Position numbers and translations under genes: made by a program
The notes under the pieces: generated by a model
What the model was told of the DNA's origin: nothing
What the model saw: only the letters and a program-made list of their open reading frames with translations
Database searches by the model: none
Assembly: GCA_030390025.1 (NCBI GenBank)
Contig: CM059432.1
Coordinates: 60,576,001 to 60,640,000, forward strand
DNA: 64,000 nucleotides
From: Squalus acanthias
Lineage: Eukaryota
Reading direction: 5' to 3'
Shown: positions 36,397 to 48,634 of the stretch, in pieces
Layout: the number at the start of each line of letters is the position of its first letter
Position numbering within the stretch: position 1 is the first letter of the stretch

Positions 36397-37357
36397 ACTC
36401 CTGGCTGGCCTCCCACATTCTACCCTACGTAAAGTTGAGGTGATCCAAAAATTCTGCTGCCCATTTCCTAACTCGCACCAAGTCCCGTTCACCCATCACC
36501 CCTGTGCTCGCTGACCTACATTGGTTCCCAGTTAAGCAACGCCTCGATTTCAAAATTCTCATCCTTGTTTTCCAATCCCTCCATGGCCTCGCCCCTCCCT
36601 ATCTCTGTAATCTCCTTCAGCCCCACAACCCCCGAGATATCTGCGCTCCTCTAATTCTGCCCTCTTGAGCATCCCTGATTATAATCGCTCAGCCATTGGT
36701 GGCCGTGCCTTCTGTTGCCTAGGCCCTAAGCTCTGGAATTCCCTGCCTAAACCTGTCCACCTCGCTTCCTCTCTTTCCTCCTTTAAGATGCTCCTTAAAA
36801 CCTACCTCTTTGACCAAGCTTTTGGTCACTTGCCGTAATTTCTCCTTATGTGGCTCGGTGTCAAATTTTTCGTCTTTTAATACTCCTGTGAAGCGCCTTG
36901 GGCCGTTTTACTACGTTAAAGGTGCTATATAAATACAAGTTGTTGTTGTTACCACATACTTGTGGTTATTACTAAAGCTGTAAAATATTTACTAGCTGAG
37001 CTAAATATTTAGTGATTATTAACAGATATTCAAAAAGCATAGTGCAGTAAGTTAGTACTGTTGGGTGCCACACCAAAGCATGGTAGAAGCCAGACTTGTC
37101 CTTGAAGTTCCTTTCACAATGAGTCCACAGATTTACACAGACTGTTAGTGACATTCTAAATAATAGAGTGCTCTCCTGTAAAAAGGAGGGAATATCCACT
37201 TGTTCAGTTTATTCGTTTAGTTTAGTTACAGAGCAGCATTGAGAGAGGTTTGAGAGCAGGACTTGGATTGGAAAGTTGTGGGGCGGAAAAAAGTATAAAA
37301 GCAGCAATATTATATTGATTTTTTTTTAATATCCTTCCAATATACTTCCTTGAAGCT

Positions 37358-38385
37358 TCCCTTCAGCGACATCATCCGAAAACACAGCGTCAGTTTCCAC
37401 ATGTACGCTGACGACACCCAGCTCTATCTCACCACCACTTCTCTCGACCCCTCCACAGTCTCTAAATTGTCAGACTTCTTGTCCGACATCCAGTACTGGA
37501 TTTGCAGAAATTTTCTCCAATTAAACATTGGGAAGACTGAAGCCATTGTTTTGGGTCCCCACCACAAACTCCGTTCCTAGCCACCGACTCCATCCCTCTC
37601 CTTAGCATCTGTCTGAGGCTGAACCAGACTGTTTGCAACCTTGGTGACATATTTGACTCTGAAATGAGCTTCCGACCACACATCTGTGCCATAACTAAGA
37701 CCACCTACTTCCACCTCCATAACATCGCCCGTCTCCGCCCCTGCCTCAGCTAATCTGCTGCTGAAACCCTCATCCATGCCTTTGTTACCTCTAGACTTGA
37801 CTATTCCAATGCACTCCTGGCCGGCCTCCCATGTTCTACCCTACGTAAACTTGAGGTCATCCAAAACATGGCTGCCTGTGTCCTAACTCGCACCAAGTCC
37901 CGTTCACCCATCACCCCTGTGCTCCCTGATCTGCATTGGCTCCCGGTTAAGCAACGCCTCGATTTTAAAATTCTCATCCTTTTTTTTCAAATCCCTCCGT
38001 GGCCTCGCCCCTCCCTATCTCTGTAATCTCCGCCAGCCCCACAACCCCCCGAGATATCTGCGCTCCTCTAATTCTGCCCTCTTGAGCATCCCTGATTTTA
38101 ATCACTCAACCATTGGCGGCCGTGCTTTCAGCTGCCTAGGCCCTAAGCTCTGGAATTCCCTCCCTAAACCTCTCTGCCTCTCTACTTCTCTTTCTTCCTT
38201 TAAGATGTTCCTTAACACCTACCTCTTTGGCCAAGCTTTTGGGCATCTGGCCTAATTTCTCCTTATGTGGCTCAGTGTCAATTTTTTTTGTCTTATAACA
38301 CTCCTGTGAAGCGCCTTCAGATGTGTTACTATGTTAAAGGCGCCATATAAATAGAAGTTGTTGTTTTTGTTTTTGTTGTTGTTGA
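37358..38385 (+). mobile_element. 5'-truncated L2
   Basis: YADDTQLY through the 3' tail with (ttg)n. Confidence 0.9.
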
Positions 38386-38386
38386 A

Positions 38387-38725
38387 GGCATGATTCCTCC
38401 TGGGGTAGGATTCCATGAGCACCCATTCTGGTATGGTGGATCATTCATGTGTGAGCATGAGAGTTGGCTGTCAAGAGCTTCACAGCCAAGTCTGATCCTG
38501 TATTCATCTGAAGCCCATACACAAGGTCATTGGGTATCACTCAGGTGCAGAAACTTTTGCTCATTTTCCTCCCCCCACCCACCCCGCTCAAAGGTAGTGA
38601 GACCAATTGTGGAGTCCTCCCTGCTGCTGCAGCTGAGACCAACCCTTACAAAATCAAATCTGGAACTCTGTCTTTATGGCTTACTGCATCACCAGGTGGT
38701 AACTTTACCATCAAGCTATCAAGGT
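38387..38725 (-). repeat. Possible ancient tRNA-derived SINE remnant
   Basis: Weak tRNA-like head on the minus strand near 38650-38725; not confidently classifiable. Confidence 0.3.
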
Positions 38726-38966
38726 ATCATATTAATATAAGTTAAATTATAACCATAAGAAAGCATTTTAACACTCAAACTATTAGAAATATTAAAAGTT
38801 CTATGTTTTGGTTGTGTAGTCATTTTACTCTTTACGGTACCTTACTAAAGATTTTTAGACTTAATGCAATTATATCACGTGTTGTATTCATTGTTCTATA
38901 TTTCTGTTTTCTTTTTTTCTGCTTTAACACATTGGATTTTATTCAACGTCTGGTGACATGTTTTAG

Positions 38967-38969
38967 AAG
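38967..38969 (+). CDS. ASXL3: Candidate 3-nt microexon (AAG) of the ASXL gene; inclusion changes KEM-SGTSP to KEMRSGTSP
   Basis: ttttag|AAG|gtgagc, preceded by a long pyrimidine tract (~38900-38925) in apparently non-repetitive sequence. Frame-preserving, and gives the R residue found in ASXL1/ASXL2 (KEMRSGTSP / KEIRSGTSP). Confidence 0.7.
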
Positions 38970-40094
38970 GTGAGCATTTTTGATTTTTCTAAAATCTAGT
39001 GTAATTGGATGTACTGTACTGTTAGGACTTTTTTTGTTTTATAAGGGGACAGAAAGATTTTTATTTATAATTTTTTTTGACTAAGATGGGCCACTATCAC
39101 AGGCCACAATTCCTTCAGTATTGCTCTTAAGGCAACTAGTAAAGAAGTATGTAAGAATTCTCGCCTTCCCCAAGGTGGTGCCTAATTACTGTTCCACACT
39201 TCTCTGTCAAATTCTTCTTCCTACCCCCAAAAGGTCTGGCTAAGATTGGCAACTCCTGCGTAGGGACATGCAATCATAAATTTGCATGGTACAGTGCCAG
39301 TCTGCGACATAATTTTAGTGTTCCAATGTCATGTACCAACTTGTTGGCACCAATTGCAAAGATGTTAATTTTGTGCCTGCGCAAGTAAAAACAATGGAAT
39401 TTATTGTGTTACAATGATGGTGATGGTTTTTGTCTTGTTCACATCTGTGTAAATGTTAAAGTGTCACCTCAGTTTTAACAAAAAACTTTATTGGATATTC
39501 AAAATTCTTGGTAAATCATTCTGTGTCAATAGTAAGGGGCACTTCCAGAATATTTAATTTTAAAAATATAGTAAGTTATCAGTGCATTTAACTGCAAACT
39601 GAATTTCCTTGTAAAGTAATTTGTCACCTCAGTACCTTAATATTTGGTTTGATTTTCACTAACGTAAATGATTTTCTGATGTAATGTAAGCAGAACTATG
39701 GATTAGTAAAACAAGTAAGTTTTGTTGTAACTATACATTGTTCAATTATGCTTGAGATTTGCTTTCTAATAATTTCTCATATTGTTACAAGAAAGAGGTG
39801 GCAAAAAATGTCTAGTTACTGCAATAAATAGTCCACATTCTTCTCTCATTTGTGATTTTTAAAAAATTCAAGTATCTGAATTATACTGAGAGTTTTAAGA
39901 ATGCTTAACTATAAAAGTTTCATTCACCTTTGGTCCAGAGTTCAATTTTCATGATCTGCCTCGTGACCAACATAAGTTACTCCCTGTTGGCCAAATAACT
40001 GCCTCATTCTTAAATTTGGAAGCTCCTCTATTGCCAAGACTTTACAGCAGCACAACTGGCTTGGCTCCTGGATGGAAGTATTAAATCCTGCTCG

Positions 40095-40700
40095 TAGAAT
40101 TATAGAATTTTACAGCCCATCGCACCTGCACTGACTCTCTGGAAGAGCTACCCACTTAGTCCCATTCTCCTGTCGTTTCCCCATAAATATTTATCTACTT
40201 CCCTTTTGAAAGCTGATATGGATTTTGTTTCCTCCAATGTTCTAGCAGGATATTCCATGGTCTAAAAACCCTCTACATAAAATTATTCCCCATACCTCTC
40301 CCTTCATTCATCTGCGGATGATCTTAAATGTATACTCTCTAGTTACCAACCCACCGACTGGGGAAATAGTTTTTTACTATTTACCTTATCAAAACCCCTC
40401 ATAATTTTGAACATCTCTACCAGATCCTGTGTTAACTTTCTCTGTTCTAGTAAAAGGTTCTGCACTTCCTCTAGTTGCTCATCATAACTAAAGCCTCTTA
40501 TCCCTGGTATCATCTTAGTAAATTTCTTCTGTACCCTCTCCATAGCCTTGACATCCTTCCTAAAGTTGAGCACTCAAACTGTATTCCAAATGAGGCCTAA
40601 CCAATGATTTGTACAGATGTGACCTACTTTTACTTTTTTATTTTATGCCCCATTTATAGGATCCCCTGTGTTTTTTTAAAAAAACCAGCTTATTAACGTC
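40095..40700 (-). mobile_element. Old CR1 3' fragment
   Basis: RKDVKAMERVQKKFTKMIPG...FKIMRGFDKV. Confidence 0.8.
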
Positions 40701-40779
40701 CTCCACTTCTGATTTCTGTATCTAAACTCCGAAGCCTCTCGACTCCTACTTTTTTTAAAGTGACCAGTAAGCTATACAA

Positions 40780-42020
40780 GGTGAATCCTGAAGTGATTGA
40801 GAGTGAGATGAGCGATATTACAATGGATAAAAGGAAAATTTCAGACAAGGTAGTTAGGCTAAAGGAAGTGCTAGGGCCCAACAGGATACATCCTAGGATC
40901 CTGAGAGGGATGAGTGAGGAAATTGCATAGACCCTAGAAATTATATTTCAGGGCTCCATTGAGTGTGGGTGTGTGCCAGAGAACTGGAGAGTGGCCAATG
41001 TAGTACACATTTTTAAAAAGGGAGACAGCTAATCTGGGTAATTACAGGCCAATTAGTTTAACATATGTGGTAGGGATATTTTTACAGTCTTTAATTAAGG
41101 ATGGAGTTACCGCATATCTAAAGAGAAAATAGTTAGAAGTAGCCAACATGGATTTCAAAAGGGACAATTATACTTGACAAACCTCATTGAATTCTTTAAA
41201 GAGGTAAGATGGTAGATGGAGAAATGCAGTGGATGTAGTGTACATGGACTTTAGGAAAGCCTTTGGCAACGTACCACAGGGGAGATTACTAGAGAAGATT
41301 AAGGTGTATGAAGTTAGGGGGAAGATAGCAAGCCAGATTAAAAATTGGTTAGAAGGGAGAAAACAGGAATTAAGGTCAATGTTTCTGAATGGTTGGAAGT
41401 GGGTAGTGGTATCCCACATAGTTCAGTTCTGGGGCCACTTCTGTTTACTATGTATACCAATGATTTGGATGTTGGCCAGCAGGGAGTGGTGCCAAAATTT
41501 GCAGATGATACCAAAATAGGAGGTATAGTAAATTCTTTAGAAGACCAAAGGAAGCTGCAAAGGGCTATTGATAAGATGGGGGAATGGGATAAAAAGTGGC
41601 AGACAGAATTCAATGACAATAACTGTGAGGTGGTACATTTTGGTTAAAAACAATAATAGTAATTATACTCTGAATGGAAGCAAGCTCGGTGCTGTGGAAG
41701 AGCAGAGGGATTTGGGGCTACAGTTTCATAGGGCATTAGAGGCAGCATCTTGGGTTCATAAAGCTGTAGGAAATAAAAAAGATAATGAAATTCTAGTTTT
41801 TATTACAAAGGGTATAGAATATAAAAGCCAAGTGGTAATGATGAGTCTGTGTAAAACAAGTAGTAGGCCGAACTGCACCGCTGAATGTGATGTGAATTGA
41901 GAACTTACCTGTGTCCATTGTTATTCAGTCTGTTGTTACTTGATATTTATTTTTCCGTAATGATCTAATTGAATGCTGGAACAGGCTCGAGGAGCTGATT
42001 GGCCTATTCCTGTTCCTATA
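40780..42020 (+). mobile_element. Old CR1 ORF2 fragment with 3' UTR
   Basis: [25 protein letters not shown]. Confidence 0.85.
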
Positions 42021-43020
42021 AATCACAATTTATCTGCTGTGTATCTTCTGTTTACAACATAGTGCTAGGAGAGAACCCAATATCTGAAGCACTTATCTAT
42101 CAACTTCCTAGTCATGTTATCAACAGTTAGAATATAACATTCAACAAAATTGCTGAATTTTCTTTAGATTCTATCACTTCTGCATTTCTGTTATTAAATA
42201 TATATCTTATAATAAACCATCAAATTTGATGTTAGATTAATCCACCCTCTGAAAGGTATTCAGCTAAGCCTAGAAGAATGCCAAAATGTCATTTTACCAC
42301 TTTAGCCTTTTTCCTGAATTCAACAATACAATATCTCCATAATCTTCAACTGTTTACATTTAATCTCAGTTAAGCTGACGTAATAATAGTGTGGAAATGT
42401 TTGTGATTTTGTAATTTAAGTGGCAACACTGGGTTAGTGTGTATTATATGAAATGTGCTGTACAGCGTGTTTCTTTTCCTCATGACAAACTGGAATGAAT
42501 ACAAAAGCAAAAAGTTTACACAATATGCAAACGACTCATGTAGGCAACATCAGGCTGAGTGACTTCTGAGAAGAAAAAAAGAAAGCAAAGAATGTGTGGT
42601 AACAGTGTCTCCCAACCCCCCACTTCCAGGTCATTCTAATGCATTTTCTTTTATTTCATTGAATACTGATACTCTTGAACTTTCCCCTTCTTTGATCATT
42701 CTGGCATTTTAGAACACAAGGGTGGTTTCTTGGATTTCTGCTGCATGTGTTAACATGTACATTTTGATTTGTCTTTAGCCTTCAATGACTGTATATATTT
42801 TAGATTGACAATTTAGATTGTGATTTCATTTGGATTTTATTTTTTTTGTGCTTGATGGTTGATTTTACAAATGGTCAAGATTAAAATTTGCTCTTCAACT
42901 CTGCTATTGTAATGTAAATGCTGGTCAAGGTTGGAGGAATTTGCACAAAGTCCAAGTGGAAAGTGAATATCGTGTGAGAAGTGCTCACACATTTACTTAT
43001 GCATCTGTCTCTCAAATCAG

Positions 43021-43129
43021 TGGAACCTCTCCTCTGGCCTGCCTTAATGCCATGCTTCATACCAATGCTCGTGTGGAAGATGGAGCTTTCTGTCGAATTC
43101 CAGGAAAGATGGGTCTTTATGCTCTTAAA
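43021..43129 (+). CDS. ASXL3: ASXL3-like coding exon: (S)[36 protein letters not shown]
   Basis: 109-nt exon with cag acceptor and gtaagt donor. Contains the invariant ASXL motif [14 protein letters not shown]; the IPGKxGLYALK end resembles ASXL3 more than ASXL1/2. Confidence 0.95.
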
Positions 43130-43689
43130 GTAAGTAAATATGTAACACTTTTTAACACTAGTTATATTTCTAATGTTTTATTATTACTAGGAAACAGGAA
43201 AACTGTTGGCTTGTTTGTCTTTCAACAAAAAATGGTAAATACTCAGACATATAAATGTTTGATCGGAGGGAAAAAAGCTTATTGATTTTAGTTGTGCTAC
43301 CAGTAAAGAGAATAAATAAGTTCTATAACGTTGCATGGTGGTGGAGACTTTATTCTTTCCAATCTATTTTGGTTGAATTATTAACTTAGGTAATTTTTAA
43401 AACTGCTATATCAATCATGTTGTCGGCGTGTCTTCAAAATCAATTATAAATCCAGTTACGTGCTGTTTTTGCATTAAAAATTAATTAGTCTTAAGTTCTT
43501 TCATTATATATGAAGATTCAATATTATGATTTGCTCAGTTTTATACATTCAATCTCAAATGAGCACAGGCCCAATTGAGGGATGTCCTCACTATAACAAA
43601 CAATTGTGTATCAATTAATTGATCATATTGGTGTAGCAGCAACAACGGAGAACTTTCAACGACTGTTTAAGCCCAGTCAGTCATTTTTA

Positions 43690-44135
43690 AAAGAAAGACT
43701 TGCATTTACATAATATATTAGCTCTGTCAGACACATGTCAAAATGCTTCAGATACAATATATTTCTTTGAAGTGCAGTGACTTATATAGTCAAACACAAT
43801 AGCCATATTCTGCACAACAATGAGAGTAATGAGCAGTTAATCTGTTTCTAGTGCTGTGGTTGACCAGTACACCACAGAACTCCCTGCTCTTCTAGATCTA
43901 TAATATCCACTTGAACTGACAGTCAGAATTTAACATCTCAACTGACGTACAGCACGCAGGAACAACAACTTGCATAGCCTTTTTAACATAGTAAATGCCC
44001 CTAAGCATGTCACTTCGGGGAAAAAAAATGTAGTACACCGAGTGTCAGCATAATTTATGTACTCAAGTTCCGGCTTGGGGCGTGAACTGCAACCTATTGA
44101 TTCAGAGGTAATAGAGTGCTACCAATTGAGGCAAG
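43690..44135 (-). mobile_element. Degraded DeuSINE-type SINE
   Basis: aaagacttgcattta tail and tRNA-like head similar to 15606-15896. Confidence 0.55.
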
Positions 44136-44840
44136 CCGCCATTGTACTGCAATTGGCTAGAAAAGCAAGGTAGAGGCTCAACAGTAGTTAAACCTGAAGT
44201 CAAATACTGATTCTCCTTTGCTGTAGGGGAGCTGAGGGTGGTGGGCCAATAGCAGCACTCACCCTGCGCCCATTTAAATTCCCCAGTTGTTATGGTGCAG
44301 GTCATTAATTATTACTCTGAGAAGTTATAAACTAAGTGGTACAAATACTAAAGATGTTGCACTGTTGAAAATGAATTTCTGGATTAAAAAAATGATTGTC
44401 AAATGCAATAAATTTTATCTAGAACGTAGGCAGTTCCTGTCATTCCCATGTATTATCCCTATAATCATTGAAACGGTTCAGATTCAGGAAATAGACAACC
44501 TCATTAATACTGAAAGATTTATATTTCTCTTCTGTAGTCTGGATATTGATGTCACTGGCTGGAATTTAAAGCTGCAAGCTATAGTTGTGAGCTGAAACTA
44601 GTAAACTTTCAGTACAGCAGTTCAGTGTAAGTGTTATTCATCAGTATACAAGGGATATATGGCAAAAGCAACCCACATGCTTTGTATGCAGAGCAAGCCT
44701 CAACAAGATGTACACCCAGGTTAAGGTTGACGAGCTGACTTCTGCTCAAACAGAACATAATTGTTGCACTATTTTATATTAAAAATGCTTTTGTAGAAAA
44801 GATATGTGACCACTAACTTAACTGTTTTTGTTATCTACAG

Positions 44841-44952
44841 AAAGATGAATTGGTAATGTCAGCAGAGGGGGTCATTGATTTGGATGGTGACTCAGATTTA
44901 GACAGCTGCGAAATGGCTGAAACAAACAATAGTAATGGAGAGGAAAATGGAG
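44841..44952 (+). CDS. ASXL3: ASXL3-like coding exon: KDELVMSAEGVIDLDGDSDLDSCEMAETNNSNGEENG + G
   Basis: 112-nt exon with tacag acceptor and gtatgt donor, starting in phase 0 after the previous exon. Aligns with the ASXL3-specific segment [36 protein letters not shown] (recalled), which supports the paralogue call. Confidence 0.88.
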
Positions 44953-45509
44953 GTATGTGGAGTTGTCAGTAATTTTGAACATGAAGCTGTGGTAATTTGC
45001 AAATTGAGAAGAAAGGCTTTTGACATTTGTTAGATTCAGTTTGGAAACAATGACTAACAATGACTAATTTCATTCTGGAATGCAAAGATAAACCCCGGCT
45101 TCTATTCTCCACTGCTAACCGTCTTCTTAAATTCCTCTCCCCTGTTTCCTCCACGCTCACCTCCGGCAGCAAGTGTGAGGAGCTCATGGACTTCTTTGTC
45201 TCTAAGATTGAGACCATCCATTCACCTGCCTCTGCCACTTCCCTTCCTTCCTCTAGCCCACCGGGTCAAACTTCCTCTAAGGTTCCCCCTCGCCCTAGCC
45301 CTGAACTCACATCTTTCTCCAGTTTCTCTCCGATCTCCCCTCATGACCTCTCCGCGCTCATCTTGTCCATGAGACTCACTTCCTGCTCCCTCAACCCTAT
45401 TCCCACCAAACTGCTGACCACCCAACTTCCTCTTATGGCTCAAGAACAGAAAATGTTGAAGATACTCAGCAGGTCAGGCAGCATCTGTGGAGAGCGAAAC
45501 ATAGATAAT

Positions 45510-46307
45510 GGGCAGAATTTTCATTGACACGTGGAGGCGGGTTTGGAGGCGTGTGGGGTGGGAAAATAGCAGATTCGGGGGTCCCGAACCCATCCCGCCT
45601 CCATGCCAGTTTCACAGGAGGCGGGTACCCGACCTGTGCTGGGACCCGCCTCCCCGAGGCGGGAAGGGGATTAGTGCCAATAAACTGCCTGTTAACAGGT
45701 TGTTAACGGGCAGTTTTTTGCGTAATCCCTATTTTTAGCCCTGAAGTGTGGGCTACCCGACGGCTCCAAACCACGCCGATTTAGCGAGGTGGACCGTGGG
45801 TCTGCAGGGGTTGGAGGGGTCGATATGTCCGGTGGGCAGGTGAGTGATGGGTGCATGAGTGCAGAGGTAAGTGTGTAAGGTAAGTGTAAAGTGTGGAAAA
45901 AGGTTTTACTTACCTTAACTTCCTCCTGCAGGTGTCAGCCCTTCAGGTCTTGGGAGTCAGAAATCTCACTGGCACAGAAAGCAGAATGGCCGTTGAGCTG
46001 TCAAAAGGTGCAGCCTCTGCTTTTTGTTCTGCAGAGATCTCTAAATCAGCCTGAGAGGAAGGAATTAACTTAGAGGACAGATTGTCAGTGTTTGACAGCT
46101 TCAAAGAGCTGTCAAACGCTGATATTTCATCTGTCAAAAGCTCTTGACAGATGAAATGTCAATCTGTGATGTCGCCCGCTGGGCAGGCTCAACAAGGTCA
46201 ATCAAGGGAAAATACAGTGGGTTGGCCACAAGTTGATGGAGGCGGGACTACAACCCAAGAAGTGGGAGTCCCGCCTCCATCACGTCCCCATTGACAAAAT
46301 CCAGCCC
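45510..46307. mobile_element. Harbinger-type MITE (~798 bp)
   Basis: Ends gggcagaatttt / aaaatccagccc; perfect TSD aat. Confidence 0.85.
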
Positions 46308-46340
46308 AATGTTTCAAGTCGATGACCTTTCGTCAGAACT
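46308..46340 (-). ncRNA. Minimal hammerhead motif of the second PLE family, disrupted by the MITE
   Basis: Minus strand: AGTT-CTGACGA-A-[AGGTC atc GACTT]-GAAA-C-ATT; the stem I partner (ATCT, 3 of 4 pairs) lies on the other side of the MITE at 45503-45506. Confidence 0.65.
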
Positions 46341-48634
46341 GGAAAAAGTTAGAGATGTAACAGATTTTAAGCAAGTGCAAAGGCAAGGAAAGGGGGGAGG
46401 AGAGGAAAGAACAAAAGGGAAGGTCTGTGATAGGATGGAAGACAGGAGAGATTAAAAGACAAAAGGGATGATGGTGCAAGGCAAAAGGAGATGGTAATGG
46501 GACAAATATAGAAACAAAAGATGAGTCTAAAAGAGGTGTAAATGGGAATGGCAGAATCATCAATAGCTGCCATGTGAAAAAATAGGGGCAGAGGTTATGG
46601 TCTGAAATTGTTGAACTCGATGTTGAGTCCAGAAGGCTGTAAAGTGCCTAATCGAAAGTTGAGGTGCTGTTCCTCGAGCTTATGTTGAGCTTCGTTGAAA
46701 CACTATAAGAGGCCGAGGACAGAAAGGTCAGAGTGGGAGTGGAGAGGAGAATTAAAGCGACAGGCAACCGGAAGCTCGGGGTCACGCTTACGGACTGAAC
46801 GGAGTTGTTTTGCAAAGTGGTCATCCAATCTGCGTTTGGTCTCCCTAATGTAAAGGAGACCGCACCGTGAGCAGCGAATACAGTATATTAAATTGTAAGA
46901 AGTACAAGTAAATCGCTGTTTCACCTGGAAGGAGTGTTTGGGGCCCTGGACAGTGGGAAGGGAGGAGGTAAAATGGCAGGTGTTGCATCTCCTGCACTTG
47001 CACGGAAAAGTACAGTGGGAAGGGGAGGGGGTGTTGGGGGTGATTGAGGAGTGGACCAGGGTGTCGTGGAGGGAGCGGTCCCTTCGGAATGCTGAAAGGG
47101 GAGGTGAGGGGAAGATGTGTTTGGTGGTGGGATCATGCTGGAGGTGGCAGGAAATGGTGGAGAATAAACCATTTCTGGATTTTCTGGCTCCCATGTTAGC
47201 TGACATTGTTAACGGTTCTCTCTTCTCAGGTACTGTCCCCCTCTCCGTCAAATCTGCCACCATGACCCCTCTCCTCAAAAAAACAACCCTTGACCCCTCC
47301 ATCCTTGCAAACTAGCGCCCCATCTCCAACCTCCCTTTCCTCTCCAAAGTCCTTGAACATGTTGTCGCCTCCCAAATACGTGCCCATCTTTCCCGCAGTT
47401 CCATGTTTGAAACCCTCCAATCAGGTTTCCGCCCCTGCCACAGTCCCAAAACGGCTCTCATCAAAGTCACAAATGACATCCTTTGTGACTGTGACAAAGG
47501 TAAACTATCCCTCCTCGTCCTTCTTGACTTGTCTGCAACCTTTGACACAGTTGACCACTCCATCCTTCTCCAACGCTTTCTCCACCGTCGTCCAACTGGG
47601 TGGGACTGCACTCGCCTGGTTCCATTCATATCTATCTAATCATAGCCAGAGAATCACCTGCAATAGATTCTCTTCCTGCTCCCGCACCGTTACCTCTGGT
47701 GTCCCCCAAGGATCGATCCTTGGCCCCCTCCTATTTCTCATCTACGTGCTGCCCCTTGGCGACATCATCCGAAAACACAGCATCAGTTTCTACATGTACG
47801 CTGACAACACCCAGCTCTACCTCACCACCACTTCTCTCAACCCCTCCACGGTCTCTAAATTGTCAGACTGCTTGTCCGACATCCAGTTCTGGATGAGCAG
47901 AAATTTTCTCCAATTAAATATTCGGAAGACCGAAACCATTGTTTTCGGTCCCTGCCACAAACTCCGTTCCCTAGCCAATGACTCCATCCGTCTCCCTAAC
48001 ATCTGTCTGGTGTTGAACCACACTGTTCGCAACCTTGGTGTCACATTTGACCCTGAAATGAGCTTCCGACCACATATCCGCGGCATAACTAAGACCGCCT
48101 ATTTCCACCTCCGTAAAATCGCCCGTCTCCGCCCTTGCCTCAGCTCATCCGCTGCTGAAACCCTCATCCATGCCTTTGTTACCTCTAGACTTGAATATTC
48201 CAACGCACTCCTGTCTCCCATGTTCTACCCTACGTAAACTTGAGGTCATCCAAACCTCGGCTGCCTGTGTCTTAACTCGCACCAAGTCCTATTCACCCAT
48301 CAGCCTGTGCTCGCTGACCTACATTGGCTCCCGGTTCAGCAACGCTCGATTTCAAAATTCTTATCCTTGTTTTCAAATCCCCCCCATGGACTCGCCCCTC
48401 CCTATCTCTGTAATCTCCTCCAGCCCCACAACCCCCCCCCGAGATATCTGCGCTCCCCTAATTCTGCCCTCTTAAGCATCCCTGATTATATTCGCTCAAC
48501 CATTGGTGGCCGTGCCTTCTGTTCCCAAGGCCCTAAGCTCTGGAGTTCCCTGCCTAAACCTCTCCACCTCTCTACCTCTCTTTCCTCCTTTATGACACTC
48601 CTGAAAACCTACCTCTTTGACCAAGCTTTTGGTC

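Larger units (their letters stand above)
30850..36950 (+). mobile_element. Near full-length L2 LINE (APE + RT, frameshifted), split by two CR1 insertions
   Basis: LQNVRSLANK, ALTETW, LGDFN, SDH, NYRPISN, QSGFR, LDLSxxFDTVDH, VPQGS, YADDTQL. Segments ~30850-33432, 34488-35020 and 36397-36950. The 5' boundary is approximate. Confidence 0.88.
45442..47179 (-). mobile_element. Second Penelope-like family (GIY-YIG end + 3' UTR), 5'-truncated, with nested MITE
   Basis: CKCRRCNTC, CTSYNLIYCIRCSRCGLLYIRETKRRL, PVACRFN; degenerate ~11-bp TSD (tcttatggctc / ttttctggctc); hammerhead core at 46308-46340. Confidence 0.85.

Noticed and set aside
42941..43285. 114-aa ORF as a stand-alone gene
   Set aside because: Only 43021-43129 is ASXL-like and bounded by splice sites; the rest is intron read-through.
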